From positions 3,936,605-4,000,604 of the forward strand of contig OY282565.1 of the NCBI GenBank assembly GCA_958296445.1: a stretch of DNA of 64,000 nt. Reading direction: 5' to 3'. The position numbers and the translations under genes were made by a program. Source of the DNA: an uncultured Dehalococcoidia bacterium. GTDB lineage: Bacteria > Chloroflexota > Dehalococcoidia > Lucifugimonadales > UBA3495. This document shows positions 53,221 to 62,373 of the stretch, piece after piece. Positions within the stretch are counted from its first letter, which is position 1, and every line of letters starts with the position of its first letter. The notes below the pieces were generated by a model. It had not been told where the DNA came from, did not search any database, and was given only the letters and a program-made list of their open reading frames with translations.

Positions 53221-53688
53221 ATGCCTCAGCCCACTTATCTGACCCGCGAGGGACTGGAAAAGTTGCAGGCTGAGCTGACGCAACTCAGCACCGTTCGCCG
53301 ACGCGAGATTGCCGAGCGTTTCCAGCAGTCCCGCGAGCGCGGCGGCACCGTCAGCAACGCCGAATACGAGGAAGCCCAGAACGAGCGCTCCTTCAACGAG
53401 GGGCGCATCCAGGCGTTGGAAAGCATCATCAACAACGCCGTCATCATTGACGACACCGACGGCCAGCGCGACACCGTAGCCGTCGGCGCAAAGGTCACCG
53501 TGCGCAACCCCCAAGGCAAGCCTGCCACCTACACCATCACCGGCAGCGCCGAAGCCGACCCCGCCCAAGGCAAAATCTCCAACGTCTCACCCATCGGCAG
53601 GAGCCTGCTCGGCAAAAAAGTGGGCGAAATCGCCGAAGTCGCCGCCCCGGCAGGCAAAATCAATCTGGAAATCGTCGCCATAGAATAA
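53221..53688 (+). CDS. greA: Transcription elongation factor GreA
   Basis: YLTREG, NAEYEEA, EADP..GKISNVSPIG. Confidence 0.92.
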   Translation: MPQPTYLTREGLEKLQAELTQLSTVRRREIAERFQQSRERGGTVSNAEYEEAQNERSFNEGRIQALESIINNAVIIDDTDGQRDTVAVGAKVTVRNPQGKPATYTITGSAEADPAQGKISNVSPIGRSLLGKKVGEIAEVAAPAGKINLEIVAIE

Positions 53689-53694
53689 GCCTTT

Positions 53695-53810
53695 GCCCGT
53701 TCCCTCCCCCTCCGGGAGAAAGTCAGGTTCCGCCCCTCCTCCGGGAAAAAGTTAGATTCCGCCGGTTCCCTCCCCCTCCGGGGGAGGGTTAGGGTGGGGG
53801 CGTCCCCCCC
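53695..53810 (-). repeat. Family F repeat with two degenerate partial copies
   Basis: 53768-53809 is the reverse complement of 20184-20225. Confidence 0.85.
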
Positions 53811-53819
53811 AATTCAGAT

Positions 53820-55313
53820 ATGCAAGATTCTTTCGTCGCCAACCGCGAAACCAAGCTGGGCCGCATCCGCGACCGGGGCATTGACCCCTACCCGCCGCGA
53901 TACCGGCGCACCTGCGACAACGCCCGCGCCATCGCCGTGTTCGAGGCCGTAGAGGCAGAGTCGCGGCCCGCCGCCGACGCCGAGGGACTGTCGCTGGCCG
54001 GCCGCATCGTCTCTATGCGGGTAATGGGCCGGGCCGCCTTCCTTGACCTCCAGGACGCCTCCGGCTCCATCCAGGCCCTGCTACGAAAAAATAACTTGGG
54101 CGACGGCTTCGAGCTGCTGAAAGACCTAGACATCGGCGACCACTTGGGCGTAGAGGGCAGCCTAATCCGCACCCGCACCGGCGAAATCACCCTAGACGCC
54201 GCCCGCGCCGTCATCATCGCCAAGGGGATGCGCCCCCTGCCGGAGAAATACCACGGCCTGCGCGACACCGAAACCCGCTACCGGCAGCGCTACCTCGACC
54301 TCATCGCCAACCGCGAAAATATGGACGTTTTCCGCCTGCGCAGCCGGGTCATCAGCGGCATCCGCCGGTTCCTCGACGCCCGCGGCTTCCTTGAAGTGGA
54401 CACCCCGGTGCTGGTGCCGGTGGCCGCCGGCGCCCACGCCCGGCCCTTCATCACCCACCACAACGCCCTCGACCGGCAGCTATACCTCCGCATCGCCACC
54501 GAGCTGTACCTGAAACGGCTGATTGTTGGCGGCTTCGACAAGGTGTACGAAATTGGCCGGGTTTTCCGCAACGAAGGCATAGACCAGGACCATAACCCCG
54601 AGTTCACCCTGCTGGAAAGCTACGAAGCCTATGCCGACTACAACGACGTTATGGAAATGGTGGAGCAGATGATTTCCCGCCTCGCCGCCGAAGCCACGGG
54701 TTCGGCCCAAGTCGCCGTGGGCGGGCAAGTCATAGACTTCACCCCGCCCTGGCGTAGGGTATCGTTGCGCGAGGAACTGCAACGGCGCGGCGGCATAGAC
54801 CTGGACGCCTGCCCCCCGTCGGAAAAAGGCGCGGGCGAACTGCAACGCCGCGCCGCCGCCCTAGGCGTGGACACCGGCATCCGCGAAAGCCGGGGCCGCA
54901 TCATAGACAAGCTGCTGTCGGCCCTAGTCGAGCCGCACCTGACCCAGCCCACCTTTATGCTGGACTACCCGGAGGAAATGTCGCCCCTAGCCAAGGCCAA
55001 GCCCGGCGCCCCCGGCTACGTGGAGCGGTTCGAGGCTTTCGCCTGCGGCATGGAAATCGCCAATTCCTACACCGAGCTTAACGACCCGCAGACCCAGCGG
55101 CAGCGGTTCGAGGAGCAAGAGGACATCCGGCGGCTGTACCAGGACGAGGAAGTAGACCGGCTGGATGAGGACTTTCTAACCGCGATGGAGTACGGAATGC
55201 CCCCCACCGGCGGCCTCGGCATCGGCATAGACCGGCTGGTGATGCTGCTATCCGGCCAGCGGGCCATCCGCGACGTAATGCTGTTCCCCCAAATGCGCAC
55301 CCTGCCCGGCTAA
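53820..55313 (+). CDS. lysS: Lysine--tRNA ligase (class II)
   Basis: YRQRYLDL, LRIATELYLKRL, FRNEG, YGMPPTGG.GIGIDRL. Confidence 0.97.
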   Translation: MQDSFVANRETKLGRIRDRGIDPYPPRYRRTCDNARAIAVFEAVEAESRPAADAEGLSLAGRIVSMRVMGRAAFLDLQDASGSIQALLRKNNLGDGFELLKDLDIGDHLGVEGSLIRTRTGEITLDAARAVIIAKGMRPLPEKYHGLRDTETRYRQRYLDLIANRENMDVFRLRSRVISGIRRFLDARGFLEVDTPVLVPVAAGAHARPFITHHNALDRQLYLRIATELYLKRLIVGGFDKVYEIGRVFRNEGIDQDHNPEFTLLESYEAYADYNDVMEMVEQMISRLAAEATGSAQVAVGGQVIDFTPPWRRVSLREELQRRGGIDLDACPPSEKGAGELQRRAAALGVDTGIRESRGRIIDKLLSALVEPHLTQPTFMLDYPEEMSPLAKAKPGAPGYVERFEAFACGMEIANSYTELNDPQTQRQRFEEQEDIRRLYQDEEVDRLDEDFLTAMEYGMPPTGGLGIGIDRLVMLLSGQRAIRDVMLFPQMRTLPG

Positions 55314-55338
55314 AAGCCCCTCTCCCCAAGGGATACGA

Positions 55339-55734
55339 TTAGGGCAAGGGCGTATCCTGTGAATGCCCGTTCTGCCCGCCGTCGCCCCGCAAGGCCAGCA
55401 CCCGCGCCACCAAATCGCGGATTTTAGGCCGGTCCGTCTGCCACTCATCCGCTTCCATAAACAGATGGTAAAAATCGCGGTGGTACTTTTCGGCAATGCC
55501 GAACCTGTCGGCGATTCGCGAGTCGTTATGCTCTTGCGTCAGCCGTTCCGCAGCCCGCTTAAGCGCCGGATGGCTGGTATGGGGCCAGCCCCGCTCCAGC
55601 GCCACCGCCATCACCGCGTGGGCCGCCGCGCCCCACAGCTTTTCCGACGCCTGTATCTGGTCATCCTCGGCAAAATGCTTGTCCGCCTTTTCCAAAAAAT
55701 CCAGCGCCGTCTGCGCGTGTTCCTGCGCCTGCAT
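55339..55734 (-). CDS. PaREP1-family (HEPN-like) protein, copy 1
   Basis: QASEKLWGAA, WPHTSH, YHRDFYH; AAAGGAGA RBS. Confidence 0.85.
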   Translation of the reverse strand: MQAQEHAQTALDFLEKADKHFAEDDQIQASEKLWGAAAHAVMAVALERGWPHTSHPALKRAAERLTQEHNDSRIADRFGIAEKYHRDFYHLFMEADEWQTDRPKIRDLVARVLALRGDGGQNGHSQDTPLP

Positions 55735-55808
55735 CAGCAAATTCTCCTTTCAGAGGCCCACAACCTTTTACATATATTATAATACCCGCATACCAACCAG
55801 GGATACGT

Positions 55809-56204
55809 TTAAGGCAAGGGCGTATCCTGTGAATGCCCGTTCTGCCCGCCGTCGCCCCGCAGGGCCAGCACCCGCGCCACCAAATCGCGGACTTTAGGGC
55901 GGTCGGTCTGCCACTCGTACTCTTCCATAAACAGGTAGCAAGAGTCGTATCGGAATTTTTCCGCTACGCAGAATCTGCCGGCTATTATCGGGTCATCATA
56001 CTCTACCGCCAGCCGTTCCGCCGCCCGCTTCAGCAATATATCGCTGGTATGGGGCCAGCCCCGCTCCAGCGCCACCGCCATCACCGCGTGGGCCGCCGCG
56101 CCCCACAGCTTTTCCGACGCCTGTATCTGGTCATCCTCGGCAAAATGCATATCCGCCTTTTCCAAAAAATCCAGCGCCGTCTGCGCGTGTTCCTGCGCCT
56201 GCAT
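55809..56204 (-). CDS. PaREP1-family protein, copy 2
   Basis: 470-nt tandem duplicate of copy 1 with a diverged centre. Confidence 0.85.
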   Translation of the reverse strand: MQAQEHAQTALDFLEKADMHFAEDDQIQASEKLWGAAAHAVMAVALERGWPHTSDILLKRAAERLAVEYDDPIIAGRFCVAEKFRYDSCYLFMEEYEWQTDRPKVRDLVARVLALRGDGGQNGHSQDTPLP

Positions 56205-56287
56205 CAGCGAATTCTCCTTTCAGAGGCCCACAACCTTTTACATATATTATAATACCCGCATCCCAATCCCAACCAAAGGCTGGACGA

Positions 56288-57586
56288 ATGATTGCCATTG
56301 AGCAGGTGCGGCGCGACCCGGAGGCGGTGCGGCGGGCGATGCAGGCCCGCGGTGAACCCGACCCGGTGGGCGAGCTACTGGAACTGGACGCCGCCTGGCG
56401 GCGCGACCGAACACAGGCCGACGAAATACGCAACCGCCGCAATCAGGTAAACCGCGAAATCGGACACGCCCGCTCCGCCGGGCAGCCCCCGGCCCCCGAA
56501 GTCATCGAGGAAATGCGCTCCCTAGGTCGCCAAGTCGCCCAACTGGAAGCCAGCGCCCAAGCGGGCGAGGAACGGCTGCGCGAGCTGCTGCTGGGCCTGC
56601 CCAACCTGCCGCTGGCCGAGGTTCCCGTCGGCTCCGACTCCGACAGCAACCGCATCCTACGGCAGCAGGGCCAGCCCGCGGAACTGGACTTCCCCGGCCT
56701 GCCCCATTGGGAGCTGGGCGAAAGGCTGGGCATCATAGATTTTCAGCGCGGCGCCAAACTTTCCGGCAGCCGCTTCTACACCACCAGCGGCGCCGGGGCC
56801 AGGCTGGAACGCGCCCTAATATCTTGGATGCTCGACCTGCACACCGCCGAACACGGCTATACCGAGCTGGCCCTGCCCGCAGTGGTGCGGCGCGATGTGA
56901 TGGAAGGTTCGGGCAACCTGCCCAAGTTCGCCGATAATCTCTACCACGACGCCGATGACGACCTCTGGCTCATCCCCACCGCCGAGGTGCCAATCACCAA
57001 CCTGTACCGGGATGAAATCATCCCGCCGGGCCGCCTGCCCCTGTACTATGTGGCCCAGACCCCCTGCTTCCGCCGCGAAAAAGCCGCCGCCGGACGCGAC
57101 ACCCGGGGCATCAAGCGGGTGCACCAGTTCAACAAGGTTGAAATGTACCAGTTCGTCGAGCCGGAATCGTCCGCCGCGGAGCTGGAGCGGCTATTGGGCC
57201 ACGCCGAGGAAATCTGCCGCCGCTTGGGGTTTTCTTGGCGGGTGCTGGAGCTTTGCACCGGCGATATGGGCTTCGCCGCCGCCAAAACCTATGACATCGA
57301 AGTTTGGGCCGCCGGCTGCCGGGAGTGGCTGGAAGTCAGCTCCTGCTCCAACTGCACCGACTTTCAGGCCCGCCGCGCCAACATCCGCTACCGCCCCGAA
57401 CCCGGCGGCCGCCCCCGGTTGCCCCACACCCTCAACGGCTCCGGCCTGGCCCTGCCCCGCGTGATGATTGCCATTATCGAAAACAACCAGCAGCCCGACG
57501 GCTCCGTCATCATCCCCGAAGTCCTGCGCCCCTACACCGGCTTCGACCGCATCACCCCGCCCCAGCCGCCCGCCCCCGGAGGTTGA
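56288..57586 (+). CDS. serS: Serine--tRNA ligase
   Basis: LIPTAEVP, FRRE, RVHQFNKVE, EVSSCSNCTDFQARR, HTLNGSGLA. Confidence 0.97.
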   Translation: MIAIEQVRRDPEAVRRAMQARGEPDPVGELLELDAAWRRDRTQADEIRNRRNQVNREIGHARSAGQPPAPEVIEEMRSLGRQVAQLEASAQAGEERLRELLLGLPNLPLAEVPVGSDSDSNRILRQQGQPAELDFPGLPHWELGERLGIIDFQRGAKLSGSRFYTTSGAGARLERALISWMLDLHTAEHGYTELALPAVVRRDVMEGSGNLPKFADNLYHDADDDLWLIPTAEVPITNLYRDEIIPPGRLPLYYVAQTPCFRREKAAAGRDTRGIKRVHQFNKVEMYQFVEPESSAAELERLLGHAEEICRRLGFSWRVLELCTGDMGFAAAKTYDIEVWAAGCREWLEVSSCSNCTDFQARRANIRYRPEPGGRPRLPHTLNGSGLALPRVMIAIIENNQQPDGSVIIPEVLRPYTGFDRITPPQPPAPGG

Positions 57587-57588
57587 TT

Positions 57589-57981
57589 GTGCTAACCCCA
57601 AAACACACCCAAACGGCGCGAAAGGCCCGCGCCTTTCTGCTGGAAGCCTACGTGGAATTCGCCGACGGCGACGACCACCTCAAGGCTTGCGACAAGCTGT
57701 GGAACGCCGCCGCCCACGCCATAACCGCCGTCGCCCAGCAACGCGGCTGGGAACACGGCAACCTAGCATCCCTGCACACCGCCGTAAACCGCCTGGCGGA
57801 TGAGCTGGAGGAGCCCCTGCTAAGTTCCTGCTTCTCCTCCGTCAAAATTTTCCGCGACAATGTTGAGTTCGATTTTATGGAGGACTTTCAGTTGAAAAGC
57901 AGCCGCCCCCGCGCCCGCTACTTTATTGAGCGTATGCTATCCCTGCTGGAACCGTCACCCGACGGCGCCGCGAAAGACTGA
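57589..57981 (+). CDS. PaREP1-family protein, copy 3
   Basis: GTG after GGAGG; ACDKLWNAAAHA. Confidence 0.75.
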   Translation: MLTPKHTQTARKARAFLLEAYVEFADGDDHLKACDKLWNAAAHAITAVAQQRGWEHGNLASLHTAVNRLADELEEPLLSSCFSSVKIFRDNVEFDFMEDFQLKSSRPRARYFIERMLSLLEPSPDGAAKD

Positions 57982-57986
57982 CGCCT

Positions 57987-58358
57987 ATGCAAGCCGAAGA
58001 ACACATCCAGACAGCGCAAGATTTTCTGGAAAGATCCGACAGGTACTTTGCCGACGGCGACAGGCTGCAAGGTTCGGAAAAACTTTGGGGCGCCGCGGCC
58101 CACGCTGTCTTGGCCGTTGCCCGCACACGCGGCAGGCGGCTGGGCAGTCACAGCCGCCTGCGGGAAATGGCCGATACCCTGTCCCTAGAAATAGGCGAGC
58201 CGCTTATATCCGCCGACTTCGATTCCGCCGAAAGGTTCCACGCCAACTATTACCACGGCTATATGACGGATTACGATATTGACATTGAACGCCCGGCTGT
58301 CCGTCGGCTGGTGCGCCGGGTATTATCGCTGCCCGAACTCAACAACCGGAACGGATAG
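57987..58358 (+). CDS. PaREP1-family protein, copy 4
   Basis: QGSEKLWGAAAHA, GSH, FHANYYH. Confidence 0.85.
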   Translation: MQAEEHIQTAQDFLERSDRYFADGDRLQGSEKLWGAAAHAVLAVARTRGRRLGSHSRLREMADTLSLEIGEPLISADFDSAERFHANYYHGYMTDYDIDIERPAVRRLVRRVLSLPELNNRNG

Positions 58359-58379
58359 CATAGCCCCGGCGCCGTCAAT

Positions 58380-58632
58380 CCGCCGTCCGTCATCCTGAGC
58401 AGCCGTCTGTCATTCTCAGCAACCGTCTGTCATTCTCAGCAACCGTCTGTCATCCTGAGCAGCCGTCTGTCATTCTCAGCAACCGTCCGTCATTCTCAGC
58501 AGCCGTCCATCACTCTGAGCAACCGTCTGTCATTCTGAGCAAAGCGAAGAATCCCGCCCCGCGCGGTGAGACCCTTCGCTACGCTCAAGGTGACAAAAGG
58601 CAGGGTGCCAACGGGGAATTTCGCAATTTTCC
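58380..58632 (-). repeat. Family A array in reverse orientation, about eight 21-nt units
   Basis: GTCAT(T/C)CT(G/C)AGCA(A/G)CCGTC(T/C) units ending in GTCATTCTGAGCAAAGCGAAGAATC. Confidence 0.9.
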
Positions 58633-58671
58633 CCAAAAGGCCGTAAGTAACTGTAAATAAGGAGAAAAGCT

Positions 58672-59490
58672 ATGTCCGGTATCTGGCCCGGTGAAACTCA
58701 ATGCGTGGCGATGCTGGGATTCGACGTTGACGGCGTATCATCCTGGCTCAACCGCGACCCCGGCTTTGCCAACCACCCCAGCCTGATGTCTATGGCCGAA
58801 TACGGCCCCAGCGTCGCCACCCCCCGCATCCTCGATCTGCTGGACGCCCACAACGTCCCGGCCAGCTTCTACGTGCCGGGCTACGTGGCCGAAACCCACC
58901 CGGACTTGGTGCGGGAAATCGCCGCCCGCGGCCACGAAGTCGCCCACCACGGCTATATGCACGAACCCCCATCCACCCTAACCCGCGAGCAGGAAGATGA
59001 CGTCCTGCGCCGCGGGCTGGACATCCTAGACGGCATCACCGGCCAGCGCCCCCTCGGCTACCGCTCGCCAAGCTGGGAACTCAGCGAACACTCCCTTGAC
59101 CTGCTGGCCGCCCACGGCTTCCTTTACGACAGCAGCCTGATGGGCGACGACGCCCCCTACCTCGAAACCGCCCCGGCCTCGGGCCGCCAGCTCGTGGAAA
59201 TCCCCATCCACTGGCTGCTGGACGACGCCCCCAACTTCGTCTACGCCCCGGTAGCCAACCGCCTAGGCCCAATGCGCAACCCCGACGAAGTCTACGGAAC
59301 CTGGGCCGCCGAGTTCGAGGGCCTCTACCGCTACGGACGCGCCTTCGTCCTAACCATGCACCCCCAATACATCGGCCGCCCAGGCCGCCTGCTAATGCTA
59401 GAGCGCCTAATCCAACACATCAAAACCCACCCCAACGTCGAGTTCATGCGAGCCCTGGACGCCGCCCGCCTGTTCGCCCCGGCGGAGTGA
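58672..59490 (+). CDS. Polysaccharide deacetylase family (CE4, PuuE/HpPgdA-like)
   Basis: FDVD, HEVAHHGYMHE, GYRSP, YDSSLM, TMHP..IGRP.R. Confidence 0.88.
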   Translation: MSGIWPGETQCVAMLGFDVDGVSSWLNRDPGFANHPSLMSMAEYGPSVATPRILDLLDAHNVPASFYVPGYVAETHPDLVREIAARGHEVAHHGYMHEPPSTLTREQEDDVLRRGLDILDGITGQRPLGYRSPSWELSEHSLDLLAAHGFLYDSSLMGDDAPYLETAPASGRQLVEIPIHWLLDDAPNFVYAPVANRLGPMRNPDEVYGTWAAEFEGLYRYGRAFVLTMHPQYIGRPGRLLMLERLIQHIKTHPNVEFMRALDAARLFAPAE

Positions 59491-59499
59491 CCGGCGTTA

Positions 59500-59635
59500 G
59501 AGAAAATTGCGAAATTACTTCCGCTGTCTGTCATTGAGCAACTGTCTGTCATTCTGAGCAAAGCGAAGAATCCCGCCCTGCGCGGTGAGACCCTTCGCTT
59601 CGCTCAGGGTGGCAAAAGGGAATTTCGCAATTTTC
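59500..59635 (-). repeat. Family A element in reverse orientation bounded by AAAATTGCGAAATT / AATTTCGCAATTTT
   Basis: Direct reading; tail nearly identical to 58530-58630. Confidence 0.85.
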
Positions 59636-59658
59636 CCGGCATTAGGATTATTATTGCG

Positions 59659-59711
59659 TATTTCACGAAAATATGAAATAATCCCTTTGCTTATTTTCAT
59701 TTCGTGAAATA
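59659..59711. promoter_or_regulatory. AT-rich inverted repeat upstream of fic, candidate operator
   Basis: TATTTCACGAAA...TTTCGTGAAATA perfect 12-bp arms. Confidence 0.5.
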
Positions 59712-59724
59712 AGAACGATACGGA

Positions 59725-60891
59725 ATGCGCCGCGATAAAACCGGGGAATACGAAAGCGCCAACGCAGGCGGCGAGCTGGTACGGGCTTTTATCCCGGCCA
59801 GACTGCCGCCCCATCCGCCCCTTGACCTGTCGGGATTGCAGGAATCGCTGGCTAGGGCGCATTTGGCCTTGGGACGGCTGGATGCCTTATCGCGTCTTTT
59901 GCCCGACTCCGGCATATTCCTCTACCCTTATATCCGTAAGGAAGCCGTGTTGTCGTCCCAAATTGAGGGAATCCAGTCATCCATCGCCGACTTGATGCGG
60001 TTCGAGGCGGCGGACGCTCCCGGTATTCCCGCCAACGGCGATGTGGTTGAAGTTTCCAATTATGTCCGGGCGATGCACCACGGCCTAACCCGGATGCGGC
60101 AAGACGATTTTCCCCTCTCCAACCGTCTGCTTCGGGAGATTCACGCCGTGCTTCTTTCCCGCGGCCGGGGCAGCGACAAACGCCCCGGCGAGTTCCGCCA
60201 GTCGCAGGTGTGGATCGGCGGCAGCCGCCCAGGGAACGCCCACTTCGTCCCGTCCCCGCCAAGATCCGTTCCAGATTGCATGGGAGACCTGGAGCAGTTC
60301 CTGCACACTGTCGGCGATGGCATCCCGCCCCTGATACGGGCGGGAATCTGCCACGTCCAGTTTGAGACCATCCACCCTTTCTTGGACGGGAACGGCCGCG
60401 TCGGGCGGCTGCTCATCACCTTTATGCTGCTCCACGACAAAGTTCTTACCCAGCCGTTGCTTTACCTAAGCCTGTTTTTCAAGCAGCATCGGCAAACCTA
60501 CTATGACCTGCTGGACGGCGTGCGGCGTACAGGCGATTGGGAAGCGTGGCTTGATTTCTTTCTCCAAGGAGTAGCGGAAACCGCCGAGGGCGCCGAGTCA
60601 ACCGCGCAAAGATTACTCCAGATGTTCAACAACGACGAAAACCGCATACAGCAGGAAATCCGCGCCCCGGCTTCAGCTTTGCGCGTGCATCAAGCCCTTA
60701 AAGAACATCCCGTCGCCTCGATTCAGGCGGTAATGGAGCGTACAAGTCTATCCTTCAATGCCGCGTCGTCCGGTATGCGAATCTTGGAGCGTTTGGGCAT
60801 CGCTCAAGAAGTAACCGGACAGCGGCGCAACCGATTGTTTGAACACCGGGAATATATGGCTATCCTATACGAAGGCACCGAGCCCCTCTAG
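59725..60891 (+). CDS. Fic family protein (N-terminal inhibitory helix, C-terminal HTH)
   Basis: HPFLDGNGRVGR canonical motif; SSQIEG motif. Confidence 0.93.
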   Translation: MRRDKTGEYESANAGGELVRAFIPARLPPHPPLDLSGLQESLARAHLALGRLDALSRLLPDSGIFLYPYIRKEAVLSSQIEGIQSSIADLMRFEAADAPGIPANGDVVEVSNYVRAMHHGLTRMRQDDFPLSNRLLREIHAVLLSRGRGSDKRPGEFRQSQVWIGGSRPGNAHFVPSPPRSVPDCMGDLEQFLHTVGDGIPPLIRAGICHVQFETIHPFLDGNGRVGRLLITFMLLHDKVLTQPLLYLSLFFKQHRQTYYDLLDGVRRTGDWEAWLDFFLQGVAETAEGAESTAQRLLQMFNNDENRIQQEIRAPASALRVHQALKEHPVASIQAVMERTSLSFNAASSGMRILERLGIAQEVTGQRRNRLFEHREYMAILYEGTEPL

Positions 60892-60954
60892 CCCCGTCTT
60901 GCCAACCGCGCCCGCCGCGGCTACCATAGCCCTCACCCCACCGGAGCGCGTGAT

Positions 60955-61275
60955 ATGACCGATACCCCCAAAGTTCACGATATGGGCGGCCACCCCAACG
61001 CCAGCCCAATAGACCACAGCGAACATACCCTGATGGACTGGGAGCGGCGGATTGACTCCATCCGCGGCGTCCTCGGCGACAAGGGCTACATCACCGTGGA
61101 CGAGCTGCGCCGCGCCATCGAGGGCCTGCCGCCGGAACGCTACCAGTCCCTCGGCTACTACCAGCGCTGGGCCGAGGCGGTGGAAGCCCTGCTCATCGAA
61201 AAGGGCTTGCTCACCGCCGCCGAACTGGACGCCACTATGACCCGGCTGGAAAGCGCCGCCGGGGGCGCCCGATGA
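60955..61275 (+). CDS. Nitrile hydratase beta N-terminal-half protein (ScnB-like)
   Basis: VHDMGG, WERR, DELRRAIE, YYQRW, LIEKG. Confidence 0.85.
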   Translation: MTDTPKVHDMGGHPNASPIDHSEHTLMDWERRIDSIRGVLGDKGYITVDELRRAIEGLPPERYQSLGYYQRWAEAVEALLIEKGLLTAAELDATMTRLESAAGGAR

Positions 61276-61571
61276 CCGCGCCGCGGCCCCCCGCTTTCGG
61301 CAACGGCGACCTCGTAACCGTGCGGGCCGCCAACCCGCCCACCCACTACCGCACCCCGGCCTACGTGCAGGGCAAAACCGGGCGCGTAGTCGCCCTCTGC
61401 GGCGTCTACCCCGACCCGGAATCCCTCGCCCACGGCGGCGACGGCCACCCCCACAAGCCCCTCTACCGCGTCGAATTCCCCCAGACCGCCCTATGGGACA
61501 ACTACCCCGGCCCGCCCGGCGACCGGCTGCAAGTGGACATCTACGAGCATTGGCTGGAACCCGCAGCCTGA
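61272..61571 (+). CDS. Nitrile hydratase beta C-terminal SH3-like protein (ScnA-like)
   Basis: HYRTPAYVQGKTG, LYRVEF, VDIYEHWLEP. Confidence 0.85.
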   Translation: MTAPRPPAFGNGDLVTVRAANPPTHYRTPAYVQGKTGRVVALCGVYPDPESLAHGGDGHPHKPLYRVEFPQTALWDNYPGPPGDRLQVDIYEHWLEPAA

Positions 61572-61587
61572 CAGGAGACCTCTGAAT

Positions 61588-62268
61588 ATGAGCGAAAACC
61601 ACGACCACGCCAATAACCCCGACCACCACCACGACCACGGCGATCACACCCACCCCGGAATGGACACCGAGGAATTAGGCTGGCACGCCCGCCGCGTCCA
61701 AGCTATGGAAACGCTGCTGGCGGAAAAGGGCCTGCTCACCGTGGCGGAAGTCCAGCGCAATGTGGACGCCGTGGAGTCGCGCTCCCCCGCCGACGGCGCC
61801 CGCGTGGTGGCCCGGGCCTGGAGCGACCCGCAGTTCAAGGCCCGGCTGCTGGCCGAACCCGAGGCCGCCCTAGCCGGTATGGGCTACCAACTGCCCGACC
61901 CCACGCCCAAGCTGGACGTGGTGGAAAACACCGCCGCAGTCCATCACCTAGTAGTCTGCACCCTGTGTTCCTGCTACCCCCGCGCCCTGCTGGGCCGCCC
62001 CCCCGACTGGTACAAGAGCTTCGCCTATCGCTCCCGGGCAGTAAGCGACCCGCGCGGCGTGCTGCAAGAGTTCGGCACCGAAATCCCCGCCGACGCCGAG
62101 GTAGTAGTGCTGGACAGCACCGCCGACCTGCGCTACCTAGTCCTGCCCCAACGCCCGGCCGGCGCCGAGGGCCTAAGCGAGGATGAGCTGGCGGCCCTAG
62201 TCACCCGCGATTCGATGATTGGCGTTTCCCAACCCCTAACCCCGGAGCTAGTGGCCGCTGACGATTAA
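61588..62268 (+). CDS. Co-type nitrile hydratase alpha / thiocyanate hydrolase gamma family subunit
   Basis: VCTLCSCY metal-binding motif; ARAWSDP.FK; DSTADLRYLVLP.RP. Confidence 0.93.
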   Translation: MSENHDHANNPDHHHDHGDHTHPGMDTEELGWHARRVQAMETLLAEKGLLTVAEVQRNVDAVESRSPADGARVVARAWSDPQFKARLLAEPEAALAGMGYQLPDPTPKLDVVENTAAVHHLVVCTLCSCYPRALLGRPPDWYKSFAYRSRAVSDPRGVLQEFGTEIPADAEVVVLDSTADLRYLVLPQRPAGAEGLSEDELAALVTRDSMIGVSQPLTPELVAADD

Positions 62269-62277
62269 CCGGGGTTT

Positions 62278-62373
62278 TCAACGCAGAGGGCGCAGAGATT
62301 TCGCAATGGACGCAGAGAATAATAAATAAAAATCTCTGCGTCCTCTGCGCTCACTCTGCGCCCTCTGCGTTCA
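62278..62373. repeat. Family D inverted repeat overlapping the surE 3' end
   Basis: AACGCAGAGGGCGCAGAG...CTCTGCGCCCTCTGCGTT. Confidence 0.85.

Noticed and set aside
55762-55792. dif-like site (repeated near 56235; TATACATTAT near 29920 also considered)
   Set aside because: Arms match poorly; TATAAT-containing promoter sequence is a simpler explanation
55440-56050. Diversity-generating retroelement TR/VR pair
   Set aside because: Differences are not adenine-specific and there is no reverse transcriptase in the window
58380-58560. CRISPR interpretation of the 21-nt arrays
   Set aside because: Variable parts are only about 5 nt and similar to each other; no cas genes or unique spacers
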